A DNA stretch of 64,000 nucleotides. Source: an uncultured Faecalibacterium sp. (GTDB lineage: Bacteria; Bacillota; Clostridia; Oscillospirales; Ruminococcaceae). How positions within the stretch are numbered: position 1 is the stretch's first letter; every line of letters starts with the position of its first letter. The stretch lies in the NCBI GenBank assembly GCA_934553285.1, contig CAKTFD010000001.1, positions 33,475-97,474 on the forward strand, read 5' to 3'. The notes under the pieces were generated by a model. The model did no database searches, was not told the DNA's origin, and worked only from the letters and a program-made list of their open reading frames with translations. Below, piece after piece: positions 54,483-64,000 of this stretch. A program made the translations under genes and the position numbers.

Positions 54483-55224
54483 GGCGCACCTCCATCGGCT
54501 CTACGCCCAGCAGCAGCGCCGTGATGTTATCCGGGCCGCCGTTTTCGTTGGCAGTGCGGACCAGCAGATCCGGCAGCTCGTAAAAAGACACGCTGCACAG
54601 CAACTGTTCCAGCTGTTCCTTTGGCACGGCATTGGTCAGGCCGTCCGAGCACAGCAGCAGGATATCGCCCGCATGCAGTGCCACCGTGGTAAACTCCGGG
54701 TCCAGCCGGTAATCCACGCCCAGTGCCCGGGTGATGATATTTTTCTGCGGGTGATGCTCTGCCTGCTCCTGGGTGATGGTGCCGCAGTCCACAAGCTCCT
54801 GCACATAGGAGTGGTCGTGGGTCAGCTGCGCCAGTTTGCCATCCCTGTACAGATATGCGCGGGAATCGCCCGCATGGCTCAGATAAGCCCTGCCGCCGCG
54901 CACCAGCGCGCAGACAGCCGTAGTGCCCATGCCTGCCAGAGATTCCTCCCGCAGCGCTTTCTGGAACACATAGCGGTTTGCGCTGAGCAGCGTCCGTTTG
55001 AGAAAATTTTCTTCCTCCCCGGGGATGCACTGGCTGTACTGCTCCTGAAAGCAGCGCTCGACCACGTTGCACGCGCACTGCGAGGCTTCCCGTCCACCGC
55101 GCGCGCCGCCCATGCCATCGCATACCAGCGCCCAGGCAGCATCACCGGGCAGTTCCCCGGCACGATAATCGTCCTGATTGTCCTGCCGGACACGACCCAC
55201 ATCCGTTTTTCCTGCAAGTTTCAT
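54475..55224 (-). CDS. prpC: PP2C-family Ser/Thr phosphatase (Stp/PrpC)
   Basis: The ATG at 55224 (MKLAGKTDVGRVRQDNQDDY...) is preceded by AGGGAGATACCT. PP2C motifs are present. The gene overlaps prkC. Confidence 0.9.
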   Translation of the reverse strand: MKLAGKTDVGRVRQDNQDDYRAGELPGDAAWALVCDGMGGARGGREASQCACNVVERCFQEQYSQCIPGEEENFLKRTLLSANRYVFQKALREESLAGMGTTAVCALVRGGRAYLSHAGDSRAYLYRDGKLAQLTHDHSYVQELVDCGTITQEQAEHHPQKNIITRALGVDYRLDPEFTTVALHAGDILLLCSDGLTNAVPKEQLEQLLCSVSFYELPDLLVRTANENGGPDNITALLLGVEPMEVRHG

Positions 55225-55240
55225 AGGTATCTCCCTCTGT

Positions 55241-56281
55241 TTATGCCTTGCCATTCATCTCGTCGCGGCGCAGCTGGCCGCAGGCGGCACTGATCTCGCT
55301 GCCAAGGCGGCGGCGCACCGTGGCATTTACGCCAAGGCTTTCGAGTTTCTGCTGGAAACGGCGTACATTGGCCGCATCCGTGGCCGAATACGGGCTGCCG
55401 TCCACCGGGTTGATGGGGATCAGGTTCACATGCGCGCCCATCCCGCGGATCAGATCTGCCAGCTGCTTTGCGCAGATATCGGAATCATTGACACCGCGCA
55501 CCATGGAATATTCAAAGCTGACCCGGCGGCCGGTCGTTTCCTGATACCGGCGCACGGTCTGGATCAGCTGCTCCACCGGGTAAGCATCGTTGACCGGCAT
55601 CATGCTGCTGCGGATCTGGTTGTTAGGTGCGTGCAGCGAGACCGATAAGGTGAGCTGCAGCTTTTTTTCAGCCAGCTGATCGATCTTGGGTACCAGGCCG
55701 CAGGTAGAAAGGCTGATGTTGCGCATCCCGATGTTGACGCCCTCAGGGGAGGTGATATTTTCCAGAAAGCGCATTACCTCGTCAAAATTATCCAGCGGCT
55801 CGCCGATGCCCATGAGCACGATATGCGAGATACGCTCCCCGATATCCTTTTGTGCGGTGTAGATCTCGGAGCAGATCTCGCCGGCTTCCAGATTGCGCAC
55901 CCGCCCTGCCTGGGTAGAGGCGCAGAAGCGGCAGCCCATGCGGCAGCCCACCTGGGTGGATACGCACACGGTGTTGCCGTAGTGGTAGCGCATGACAACG
56001 GTCTCGATGCAGTTGCCGTCCGCCATGCGGAGCAGATACTTTACCGTGCCGTCCTTAGCTTCCTGCCGGCGCTCGATCTGCGGGGCGGCAATATAGAAAG
56101 TTTCTTCCAGCTTGGCCAGCAGGGTCTTGGGCTGGTCGGTCATGGCCGAAAACTCGGTCACCAGTTTCTGGTGCACCCAGTGGAAGATCTGCTTTGCCCG
56201 GAAACCCGGCTGCCCCAACGCTTTCAGCTCTGCAGTCAGCTCTGCCAGCGTAAGGGACGAAATACAGCGTTTTTGTTCCAT
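55241..56281 (-). CDS. rlmN: 23S rRNA (adenine2503-C2)-methyltransferase RlmN (radical SAM)
   Basis: 346 aa with a CxxxCxxC cluster (GCRMGCRFCAS) and an RlmN/Cfr family core. Confidence 0.9.
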   Translation of the reverse strand: MEQKRCISSLTLAELTAELKALGQPGFRAKQIFHWVHQKLVTEFSAMTDQPKTLLAKLEETFYIAAPQIERRQEAKDGTVKYLLRMADGNCIETVVMRYHYGNTVCVSTQVGCRMGCRFCASTQAGRVRNLEAGEICSEIYTAQKDIGERISHIVLMGIGEPLDNFDEVMRFLENITSPEGVNIGMRNISLSTCGLVPKIDQLAEKKLQLTLSVSLHAPNNQIRSSMMPVNDAYPVEQLIQTVRRYQETTGRRVSFEYSMVRGVNDSDICAKQLADLIRGMGAHVNLIPINPVDGSPYSATDAANVRRFQQKLESLGVNATVRRRLGSEISAACGQLRRDEMNGKA

Positions 56282-56320
56282 TCCGTTCTCCTATGATAGG
56301 ATACGGCCCGTGGGCCGTGA

Positions 56321-57652
56321 TCATTGCGTTCCGTCTGCTTTTTGCAGCACACACAGGAAAAAGCCATCCATACCGGTGCGGGTGGGCACCGAAAGGCAGC
56401 CGTGCTCCCCTGCCGTCATTCCGGCAGGCAGCGGCACCGCCGGTGCACAGACCGAAAATTCCGGGTGGCGCTGCAAAAAAGCGGCGATCTGCTGCTGATT
56501 CTCTGCCGGGTCGATGGTACAGGTGGAGTAGACCAGCCGTCCCCCTGCCCGGAGCTGGGATGCAGCGGTATCCAGGATGGCAGCCTGGGTGGCAAGCAGC
56601 TCTGCCTGCCGGGCAGCTTCCAGCTTTTTATAGCGCAGATCCGGCTTTTTTGCCAGGATGCCCAGGCCGCTGCAGGGCACATCCGCAAGGATGCGGTCTG
56701 CCATGGGCAGCGCCGGGTTCAGCTTTGTGGCATCGTTGCACAGGGTGTGCACCCGGGCAAAGCCCATGCGGTCCACAGCGGTACGGATCAGCCCCACGCG
56801 GTTCTCTGCAGCATCGCAGCTGTACAGCTCACCCCTGCCCTGCATCTGCTCGGCCAGCAGGATGGTCTTGCCGCCGGGGGCCGCGCACAGATCCAGCACC
56901 GTTTCTCCGGGGGCAGCACCCACGCAGAGCGCTGCCAGCTGGCTGGCCTGCCCTTCCACATGGTAATACCCCTGCCGGAACAGTGCATTGTCCGCCGGGC
57001 TGCCCTCGAACCGTGCCAGCACACTGCCGGGCACGATGCCAGGCCGGGCTTCCGCCGCACCCTGCTGTGTAAGCAACGTGCACAGCTGCGCGGCACTGGC
57101 CTTGAGCGGATTGGCACGCAGGCTGGTCAGGCCGTCATCGGCTTTATAGGTCAGGATGCCAAGGGCCTCGTCCGGGTAGTTTTTGTGGAGAAACTCTGCC
57201 ACATCCCGCCCGGCAGAGCCAAGCACCATGAGCCGCTGGATCTCATCCTGAAAAACAGCGGTATCCAGCTCGTAGCTGCAGGCTTTGCGCAGCACCGCGT
57301 TGACAAGGCCGGATGCACTGGATTTTTTAAAGGTGCGGGTCAGCTTGACAGCCTCGTTCACCGCAGCAGACACCGGCACCTGCATATAACGCGCCTGCGC
57401 CAGTGCAGCGCGCAGGATCTCCCGCACAGGAGCATCCAGCTTTGCAAGCCCCTTGGGCAAAAACTGCTCCAGGATATAGTCCAGCGTACCGCGATGCTCC
57501 AGCACCGTATAAAAGATAGCCGCTGCAAAGGCTTTATCCCGGCCCTCCAGCCGCTGGCGTTTGAGTTCTGCATCCAGCACCAGATTGGAAAAGCCATCCT
57601 GCTCCTGCCGTACCAGTGCGGCGATGGCCGCCGCACGCGGATTTGCGGCCAT
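56321..57652 (-). CDS. rsmB: 16S rRNA (cytosine967-C5)-methyltransferase RsmB
   Basis: 443 aa. N-terminal NusB-like domain and a C-terminal Fmu/NOL1 methyltransferase domain (DLCAAPGGKT...PCSGLG). Confidence 0.9.
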   Translation of the reverse strand: MAANPRAAAIAALVRQEQDGFSNLVLDAELKRQRLEGRDKAFAAAIFYTVLEHRGTLDYILEQFLPKGLAKLDAPVREILRAALAQARYMQVPVSAAVNEAVKLTRTFKKSSASGLVNAVLRKACSYELDTAVFQDEIQRLMVLGSAGRDVAEFLHKNYPDEALGILTYKADDGLTSLRANPLKASAAQLCTLLTQQGAAEARPGIVPGSVLARFEGSPADNALFRQGYYHVEGQASQLAALCVGAAPGETVLDLCAAPGGKTILLAEQMQGRGELYSCDAAENRVGLIRTAVDRMGFARVHTLCNDATKLNPALPMADRILADVPCSGLGILAKKPDLRYKKLEAARQAELLATQAAILDTAASQLRAGGRLVYSTCTIDPAENQQQIAAFLQRHPEFSVCAPAVPLPAGMTAGEHGCLSVPTRTGMDGFFLCVLQKADGTQ

Positions 57653-58572
57653 CAGAGGCAGTCCCCCGTTTTCAGGCGCAGACCTGCGGCAAAGGCGGTA
57701 CCGTCCATGGGCTTTTTACCCTCCGGCACGACCTCCAGCAGCTGGATGGCACCCGTACCGCAGGCCACGGTCAGGGGCTTTGTGGCCAGCACGGTGCCGG
57801 GGGCTTCGCCGTTGGCAGCAGCGACCCGGCAGGCCAGGACCTTGAGCTTTTTGCCGCCCGACGTCACGAACCAGGCCCCGGGCCAGGGATTCATGCCGCG
57901 CACCCAGTTGTGGATATGGGCCGCAGATTCGGTCAGGCGGAACTCTGCCATCTCCTTGTTCAGCATGGGAGCAAGGGTAGCATTTTCGTGGTCCTGCGGC
58001 ACTGCCGTCAGGGTACCGGCTGCGATCTGCGGCACAGTTTCGCACAGGGCCATGGCACCCACAGCGGTAACGCGGTCAAACAATTCGCCGCTGGTCTCCT
58101 CCGGGTCGATGGCGATCTTTTTGCAGCACAGCACCGCGCCGGTGTCCAGCCCTTCGTCCATCTGCATGATGGAAACGCCGGTCTCGGTATCACCGTTCAG
58201 CACAGACCACTGCACCGGGGCACTGCCGCGATACTTCGGCAGCAGCGAAACATGCAGGTTGATGCAGCCGTAGCGCGGCAGCTCCAGCACAGACTTTGGC
58301 AGGATGCAGCCATAGGCCACCACCACGATCAGTTCCGGTGCCAATGCGCGGATATTTTCGTCCTCGCTGCCGTCCCGCAGGGTGCGGGGCTGGAACACCG
58401 GGGTTCCGTGGGCCAGTGCTACCTCCTTGACCGGCGGTGCGGTGAGCACCTGCTTACGGCCCACAGGCTTATCGCGCCGGGTGTACACGGCACAGATGTC
58501 ATGTCCGGCGGCATACAGAGCTTTGAGGCATTCGGCGGCGATATCCGGCGTGCCCATGAACAGAATGCGCAT
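57652..58572 (-). CDS. fmt: methionyl-tRNA formyltransferase
   Basis: 306 aa. Begins MRILFMGTPDIAAECL and carries the HxSLLPxxRG motif (NLHVSLLPKYRG). Confidence 0.95.
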   Translation of the reverse strand: MRILFMGTPDIAAECLKALYAAGHDICAVYTRRDKPVGRKQVLTAPPVKEVALAHGTPVFQPRTLRDGSEDENIRALAPELIVVVAYGCILPKSVLELPRYGCINLHVSLLPKYRGSAPVQWSVLNGDTETGVSIMQMDEGLDTGAVLCCKKIAIDPEETSGELFDRVTAVGAMALCETVPQIAAGTLTAVPQDHENATLAPMLNKEMAEFRLTESAAHIHNWVRGMNPWPGAWFVTSGGKKLKVLACRVAAANGEAPGTVLATKPLTVACGTGAIQLLEVVPEGKKPMDGTAFAAGLRLKTGDCL

Positions 58573-59108
58573 CAGTTGTTTCCTTTCGCTTCGCGGGCGG
58601 CTTTTTTGCCTTCCTCGGTATCTTCATAGAAATACTCGCTGGACTCCATGATGGTGATGCCGTCCAGATGGTCGTTCTCGTGCTGGATGCAGCGGCCCAG
58701 AAGACCATCGGCCTCCAGCTCAAACCATGCGCCGCTGCGGTCCTGGGCGCGCACCTTGACCGCCACAGGGCGGGTCACGGCACCGTTATGTCCCGGGAAG
58801 GACAGACAGCCCTCGTAGGCAGTTTCTTCTTCCTCGGAGACCGCCAGGATCTCAGGGTTGACGAAATCGATGAACTTATATTTGTAATCTGCGGGGATCT
58901 CTTCCGGTGCATCGGTGGTATCCCACACCACGAACAGGCGGCGCATCATGCCCACCTGCGGGCCGGCCAGACCCACGCCGTCTGCGGCGATCATAGTCTC
59001 GCGCATATCGTCCAGCAGGGTGGCCAGACGGTCATCAAAATTGGTCACAGGGCGGCAGACCTTGTTCAGGATCGGGTCGCCTTCTTTAACAATAGTACGG
59101 ATAGCCAT
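58572..59108 (-). CDS. def: peptide deformylase
   Basis: The ATG at 59108 (MAIRTIVKEGDPILNK...) is preceded by GGAGG. Motifs GVGLAGPQVG, EGCLSFPG and QHENDHLDG are present. Confidence 0.95.
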   Translation of the reverse strand: MAIRTIVKEGDPILNKVCRPVTNFDDRLATLLDDMRETMIAADGVGLAGPQVGMMRRLFVVWDTTDAPEEIPADYKYKFIDFVNPEILAVSEEEETAYEGCLSFPGHNGAVTRPVAVKVRAQDRSGAWFELEADGLLGRCIQHENDHLDGITIMESSEYFYEDTEEGKKAAREAKGNN

Positions 59109-59127
59109 AAAGGTACCTCCAATTTTA

Positions 59128-61389
59128 TCAGATATCACCGTCCGCGTGCAGATCTACCACGACCGATGCTTTGGACGGCAGTTTTTCCTGTTCATATAAT
59201 GCCAGTGCCTCCCGCACGAGGTCGCGGAAGCGGCGGTCGTTGCGGCACTTGACGGTGAGTTTGTAGCGATAGGTATCGTTGATCTTTTCAATGCTGCCGG
59301 GCGTAGGGCCAAGGATGCGCAGGGGCAGATCCGGCTGCTTTGCGGCCTGCTGCCCTAAAAGTGCCGAGAAACGCGCCGCCGCACGGGCGACCTCGTTTTC
59401 CTTTGCTCCGGCAAATCCGATGACACACAGCCCGCAGAACGGCGGGTACAGGCCCAGTTTCCGGTAGGCGATCTCCTGCTCGTAGAAAGCATCGTAATCC
59501 TGCGCGGCTGCGAGGGTCAGCACCGGGTTGTCCGGGTCCGTAGTCTGGATGATGGCAAAGCCAGGTTCCCTTGCGCGGCCGCTGCGCCCCACCACCTGCG
59601 TGATCAGGCTGAATACGTTCTCGTATGCCCGGAAGCCCTGGGCGAACAGCAGCGAATCGATGCCCAGAACGCCCACAAGGGTAACATCCTCAAAATCCAG
59701 CCCTTTTGCCACCATCTGGGTGCCCACCATGATGTCATATTCATGGTTTGCAAACTTTGCAAGCAGCTTTTCGTGGGCGTCCTTGGCGGCTGTGGAGTCC
59801 TGGTCCATGCGCAGCACCCGCGCCTCCGGAAAGAGCTTTGCCAGCTCTTCTTCGGCTTTCTGAGTGCCAAAACCCCGATACTGCAGCTTACCGCCGCAGG
59901 CCGGGCAGAGCGTAGGCGGCGGCTCCTGCTGGGAGCCGCAGTAATGGCACAGCACCTTGTGCGCCGTTTTGTGGTACACCATGGGCACGCTGCATTTGGG
60001 GCACTTGAGCACCTCGCGGCAGTCCTCGCACTGGGCGACGGTCTGGTAGCCGCGGCGGTTCAGCAGCAGGATGGTCTGCTTTTCCGCTGCCAGGTTGCGG
60101 CGGATGGCATCTTCCAGCGCAAGGCTGATCTCCCGGGGGTTGCCGGAAGCCAGTTCGGCCCGCATATCCACGATCTGCACACTGGGCAGCGGGTTGCCGC
60201 CGTAGCGTTGGGTCAGGCGCACCAGCTGGGTGCGGCCATTCTGCGCCGCATAAAAACTCTCAGTGCTGGGGGTGGCACTGGCCAGCAGAAGCAGTGCGCC
60301 GTTTTCTGCAGCGCGCTGCCGTGCCACCTCGTGGGCGGCGTAGCGCGGCGCGGATTCCGACCGGTAGGTGTGCTCCTGCTCCTCATCGATGATGATAAGG
60401 CCGATATTTTCCAGCGGTGAAAAAACTGCGCTGCGGGTGCCTACCACGATATCCGCGCCGCCATCCTGGATCATCTGCCATTGCAGCAGACGCTCGGTGT
60501 GGTTGAGCGCAGAGTGCTGCACCGCCACACGGCGGCCGAACTGCCCTTTGAGCCGCAGGATCATCTGCGGGGTCAGGCTGATCTCCGGCACCAGGACTAG
60601 CGCCTTGCGGCCAAGCTCCAGACAGCGGGCAATGAGCTTTAGGAACACCAGCGTTTTGCCGCTGCCGGTAACGCCGTACAGCAGAGCCGAGTGGGGCGCT
60701 GCATCTTCCAGCCGGGGCAGCAGTGCATCGTAAGCGGCCTGCTGCTCCGTGGTAAGGGTGATGGGGTCACTGCGGAGCGGGATGGACGCGTACAGGTCGA
60801 TGGATTTATTCACCTTGCTGCACTCCAGCACGCCCTTGGCGCACAGGTTATCCAGCACGGCACGGCTAATACCCTTATCTTCCAGTTCGTTCAGGGTGCG
60901 GGGGCCGCCGCCCAGCAGCGCCACTGCCGCCAGCTGTTTTGCCGTGGGCTTTGGCTTTTGCGGCAGCGCCCCCACCAGCCTGTAGGCGTTTTCGGTGTGG
61001 CGGGTAAGCTGCTTTTGCAGCACCGGGGTCACACCATCTGCCGCCACGGCGGGCTTATACTGGGCACCATACGGGATGACTGCCTTGACGGCCTCGTAAT
61101 AGGTGCAAAAGGTGCGTTCCTTTAAAAAATGCACCAGCCGCAGCAGTTCCGGGGTCAGGCAGGCCGACGCCGGAGCTACATCGAACAGATACTTGAGCTT
61201 CGAGTTTTCCGGCTCCGCATCGCAGGCCAGCACCACACCCATGCGGGCGCGGCTGCCCTTGCCAAAAGGTACCAGCACCATACTGCCCAGGCGCACCGCA
61301 TCCTGGTGCTCCGGCAGGACGGCATAGGTATACAGTTTATCAAAATGGAAGGTCGCATTGCTGACGGCAACGCCTACCGTCTTGGGCAT
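59128..61389 (-). CDS. priA: primosomal protein N' (replication restart helicase PriA)
   Basis: 753 aa. DEAD-like helicase with Walker A (GVTGSGKTLVF) and DEEQE, plus Cys-rich Zn-binding motifs (CEDCREVLKCPKC...CHYCG...CPACGG). Confidence 0.95.
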   Translation of the reverse strand: MPKTVGVAVSNATFHFDKLYTYAVLPEHQDAVRLGSMVLVPFGKGSRARMGVVLACDAEPENSKLKYLFDVAPASACLTPELLRLVHFLKERTFCTYYEAVKAVIPYGAQYKPAVAADGVTPVLQKQLTRHTENAYRLVGALPQKPKPTAKQLAAVALLGGGPRTLNELEDKGISRAVLDNLCAKGVLECSKVNKSIDLYASIPLRSDPITLTTEQQAAYDALLPRLEDAAPHSALLYGVTGSGKTLVFLKLIARCLELGRKALVLVPEISLTPQMILRLKGQFGRRVAVQHSALNHTERLLQWQMIQDGGADIVVGTRSAVFSPLENIGLIIIDEEQEHTYRSESAPRYAAHEVARQRAAENGALLLLASATPSTESFYAAQNGRTQLVRLTQRYGGNPLPSVQIVDMRAELASGNPREISLALEDAIRRNLAAEKQTILLLNRRGYQTVAQCEDCREVLKCPKCSVPMVYHKTAHKVLCHYCGSQQEPPPTLCPACGGKLQYRGFGTQKAEEELAKLFPEARVLRMDQDSTAAKDAHEKLLAKFANHEYDIMVGTQMVAKGLDFEDVTLVGVLGIDSLLFAQGFRAYENVFSLITQVVGRSGRAREPGFAIIQTTDPDNPVLTLAAAQDYDAFYEQEIAYRKLGLYPPFCGLCVIGFAGAKENEVARAAARFSALLGQQAAKQPDLPLRILGPTPGSIEKINDTYRYKLTVKCRNDRRFRDLVREALALYEQEKLPSKASVVVDLHADGDI

Positions 61390-61418
61390 TCGTCCAACTC
61401 CTTCAACCTGTGATTTTT

Positions 61419-61991
61419 TCAGCCCTGCAGCCCGGCACGCTGGCAGATGACCTGATACAATGCTGCAGCGCAGGTATCGATCTGATTATTGACCAGTTTT
61501 ACGGTGAATTTATCCTGCTCGGCCAGTTCCTGCCGTGCCGTGGCCAGCCGCTCGCGGATGCTTTCCTCGGTCTCGGTGCCGCGGCCGCGCAGACGGCGCT
61601 CCAGCTCCTCCACAGAGGGGGGCAGCAGGAACACGGTGGTAGCGCCCGGGAACATCCGGCGGATATTGGCTGCGCCATGCACATCGATGACCAGCACCAC
61701 CACCTTGCCGGCTTCCAGCCGCTTTTCCACCTCGGCTTTCAGGGTGCCGTAGTAGTTGCCGTTATAAAAATTATGTTCCACCACCTGGTCGTTTTCCAGC
61801 AACTGCTGGAACTGCTCCCGAGTGCGGTAGTAGTAATCCACGCCTTCCTGCTCGCCGGGACGCGGCGCGCGGGTGGTGGCCGAAACGGTCTTTTCGATCT
61901 CAGGGTGTGCTTCACGCAGGGTCTTGACCACGCTGTCCTTACCGGTACCGGCTGCGCCGGAAACTACAAACAGAAATTTATCATTCGCCAT
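61419..61991 (-). CDS. gmk: guanylate kinase
   Basis: 190 aa. P-loop ([14 protein letters not shown]) and guanylate kinase signature. Confidence 0.9.
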   Translation of the reverse strand: MANDKFLFVVSGAAGTGKDSVVKTLREAHPEIEKTVSATTRAPRPGEQEGVDYYYRTREQFQQLLENDQVVEHNFYNGNYYGTLKAEVEKRLEAGKVVVLVIDVHGAANIRRMFPGATTVFLLPPSVEELERRLRGRGTETEESIRERLATARQELAEQDKFTVKLVNNQIDTCAAALYQVICQRAGLQG

Positions 61992-62259
61992 GGGATGTTT
62001 CTTCCTCCATTGTTGTCCTGCCCTCCTGCCCGGCGGCGCGGCTTGCCACGGTCTCGGGCTGCAGGGCGGAAAGCACTACGTGGTCGGAGTCCATGATGAG
62101 CACTGCCCGGGTGCTGCGGCCATAGGATGCATCGATCAGCATCCCGCGCTCCCGCGCTTCCTTCACCAGACGCTTGACCGGCGCGGAGTCCGGGCTGACG
62201 ACTGCCACCACACGCCCTGCGCTGACCATATTGCCAAAGCCGATGTTGATGAGTTTCAT
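61981..62259 (-). CDS. remA: DUF370 domain protein (RemA/YlzA-like regulator)
   Basis: The ATG at 62259 ([39 protein letters not shown]...) is preceded by GGAGGAGTCT. 92 aa. It holds the conserved yicC-remA-gmk position. Confidence 0.8.
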   Translation of the reverse strand: MKLINIGFGNMVSAGRVVAVVSPDSAPVKRLVKEARERGMLIDASYGRSTRAVLIMDSDHVVLSALQPETVASRAAGQEGRTTMEEETSHGE

Positions 62260-62277
62260 AGACTCCTCCACAACATA

Positions 62278-63156
62278 TTATTCCAGGTTCTGGATCTGCT
62301 CGCGGATCTTTTCGATCTCCGCCTTCATATCCACCACGATGCGGGTGATATCCAGATCCTGGCACTTGGAACCGATGGTGTTGGTCTCGCGGTTCAGCTC
62401 CTGCGTCAGGAAATCCAGCTTGCGGCCCACCGGCTCGTCCAGCTGCAGGATATCGCGGTACTGCGCAATATGGCTGCGCAGGCGGACAGTTTCCTCGTCC
62501 ACAGCGGTCTTATCGCCAAAGATAGCAGCTTCGGTCAGCACTCGGGCATCATCGATATCCCGATCCTGCAGGATGACCTTGAGTTTCTCGTACAGGCGGT
62601 TGGTGTAGGCTTCCACACGGCCTGCGCTCAGAGCTTCCACTTTGCCAACGCATTCTTCCAGATAGCGCAGGCGGTTTTCCACATCGGCCTTCATCTTGGC
62701 GCCCTCAGCGGCGCGCATCTCCACAAAACGGTCCAGTGCCTGGGCGGTGACAGCTGAAACATCCTGCCACAGCTGCTCCTCGTCCACATCCGCGTGGCGG
62801 GTAGCCAGCACATCCGGGAAGCGGGTCAGCACAGCGGTGGAAATATCATTTTTGACCCCCAGCTGCTCGGAAAGCGTGCGCATGGCCTGCTGATAGCTGC
62901 GGGCAAGCTCCATGTTAACGGTGACAACGGTATCTGCCGCGTCCACGTTCTGCACGGTCATGCTCAGCTCCACCTTGCCGCGGGAGATCCGCTCGTTGAG
63001 CTGCTTTTTCAGGCGGCTGTCCAGATAGCTGCAGGTGCGCGGGATGCGGGAAGAATACTCGAAATAGCGGGAGTTCACGCTGCGCAGTTCCACAGTGATC
63101 TCTCGGCCATTACGCACGGCAGTTCCCCTGCCGAAACCGGTCATGCTCAAGATCAT
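62278..63156 (-). CDS. yicC: YicC/YloC family protein (stress-induced, RNA-decay associated)
   Basis: The ATG at 63156 (MILSMTGFGRG...) is preceded by AGGAGATAGT. YicC N- and C-terminal domains are present. The ORF-track 5' extension is not supported. Confidence 0.85.
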   Translation of the reverse strand: MILSMTGFGRGTAVRNGREITVELRSVNSRYFEYSSRIPRTCSYLDSRLKKQLNERISRGKVELSMTVQNVDAADTVVTVNMELARSYQQAMRTLSEQLGVKNDISTAVLTRFPDVLATRHADVDEEQLWQDVSAVTAQALDRFVEMRAAEGAKMKADVENRLRYLEECVGKVEALSAGRVEAYTNRLYEKLKVILQDRDIDDARVLTEAAIFGDKTAVDEETVRLRSHIAQYRDILQLDEPVGRKLDFLTQELNRETNTIGSKCQDLDITRIVVDMKAEIEKIREQIQNLE

Positions 63157-63382
63157 ACTATCTCCTATTCTCTTGCGTGTGTATTCGGTTTTTTCTGTAT
63201 AGGTATCCGTTTTGGGCACACACGCCCATGTTACGATACATATAGCACCATTTTACTATTCTTTTCTAAAAAATTCAAGGTGCAGGCAGGCCCCGCGCAA
63301 AATTCCTGAGCGCATTTTTTGCTGCCGGATTGCAGGCTGCTGCCAAAACAGCGTTGCTGCGCCGGATACTTTTTACGGGCAG

Positions 63383-63430
63383 AAAAGCAGCCCTGCCGCG
63401 CGCCGGAAGGGCCGCAGCAGGGCTGTTTTA
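63383..63430. terminator. intrinsic terminator between the transposase-fragment gene and the yicC promoter
   Basis: aaaaGCAGCCCTGC-cgcgcgccggaagggccgca-GCAGGGCTGtttta. Confidence 0.5.
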
Positions 63431-63772
63431 TCAGGTCGTTTTATAAACGCAGGTCACACTGCTTTGCAGCAGGTCGGCATTGAGCAATGTGCGCTCCACC
63501 CAGTGGATGTTATCTGCGATAGTATCCAGCGAGACCTCGTATTCCTTGGCGATGCTTTCCATGCTGCGGTACTCGCAGCGGTAGAGCAGGGTCAGGATCA
63601 GCTTATCCGTCATCGAGATCTTCGTAAACCGGGGCTTGCGCTTATGCTCCTGCTGGTATGCCTCGTGCAAAGCCTGCAGCATCCGCTCAAATTCTACCCG
63701 GGTGACCCCAAAGTTCTGCTGATAATCCTGCTCCTGAAATTCAGCAATGCGCTGATCCGGGATGCGTCGCAT
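63431..63772 (-). pseudogene. IS5/Harbinger-type (DDE_Tnp_4-associated) transposase N-terminal HTH_Tnp_4 fragment; the DDE catalytic domain is absent (remnant)
   Basis: The ATG at 63772 (MRRIPDQ...) is preceded by GGAGGAAACTATT. The block RKPRFTKISMTDKLILTLLYRCEYRSMESIAKEYEVSLDTIADNIHWVERTLL matches the HTH_Tnp_4 consensus (RKLSLEDQLLLTLIYLRhYpTFqvLg..FGVSeSTa.Ri...V). The ORF ends after 113 aa and is followed directly by a terminator. The local region is AT-rich. Confidence 0.5.
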
Positions 63773-64000
63773 AATAGTTTCCTCCACATCGTCTGTTTTT
63801 ATGGCGGCAGAGCCTTTTATCCATTATAAAAGGTGTTTTGCAGCAAGTCAATGCAGAAGCCGCAGTTTTTCGTCATCTGCAGAAAAGCCGCCCCCCTGCA
63901 CAGGATGCAAAATGGGCCATTGCACAAAACGATGTACAATGGCCCATACTTATAGCAATTCAACTTTTTATAGCAGTTTGCGTTTTTAATGCACAAGCAA

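Overview
This 64-kb chromosomal window comes from a high-GC (about 60%), spore-forming member of the Firmicutes/Clostridia. Nearly all genes sit on the minus strand in long, tightly packed operons, many with overlapping start and stop codons. Gene calls come from reading the six-frame translations against known protein families, and start codons were refined by looking for ribosome-binding sites. No database search was run.

Main gene blocks, in order:
- Start of window: a partial xanthine dehydrogenase FAD-subunit gene, a MocA-like cytidylyltransferase, a xanthine permease, an orphan rfbD, and azlCD.
- Core genes: guaA, pfkA, dnaE, whiA, rapZ, murB and hprK.
- A plus-strand putative phosphate operon: a Na/Pi cotransporter, an OmpR-type response regulator and a PhoR-like kinase, preceded by TTTACA direct repeats that resemble a Pho box.
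- A gerA-type spore germination operon, and a DUF421/DUF4363 gene pair.
- tyrS with a tyrosine T-box leader, followed by recN, argR, nadK, tlyA and dxs.
- A DUF212 protein, ispA, xseBA, a TsaD/Kae1-like paralog, nusB and an Asp23 protein.
- The full spoIIIAA-AH operon, ligA, and a SpoVID-like LysM protein.
- The conserved block thiN, rsgA, prkC, prpC, rlmN, rsmB, fmt, def, priA, gmk, remA and yicC.
- A truncated IS5/Harbinger-type transposase HTH fragment at the window edge.

The clearest accessory feature is a roughly 5-kb AT-rich island (about 4.93-10.02 kb, roughly 35% GC) inserted between azlC and guaA. It carries an Eco57I-family Type IIG/IIS restriction-modification system: a 995-998 aa fused endonuclease-methyltransferase with an exact PD-X13-EAK nuclease motif, plus a separate 542 aa gamma-class N6-adenine methyltransferase. 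The pair is driven by a perfect consensus sigma-70 promoter.

Other notable points:
- Sigma-E-type promoters (CATACA-T -10 boxes) upstream of spoIIIAA and the SpoVID-like gene.
- A perfect 14-bp inverted repeat bracketing a 133-nt AT-rich segment between ispA and the DUF212 gene.
- A 21-nt motif (TTATAGCAATTCAACTTTTTA) found both at the island flank and next to the transposase fragment.
- A bidirectional terminator lying inside the 3' end of the gerAC-like ORF, which overlaps the histidine kinase convergently.

No rRNA, tRNA or CRISPR arrays were found. Printed coordinates of regulatory sites may be off by 1 nt in places; the printed sequence and the ORF track occasionally disagree by one position.
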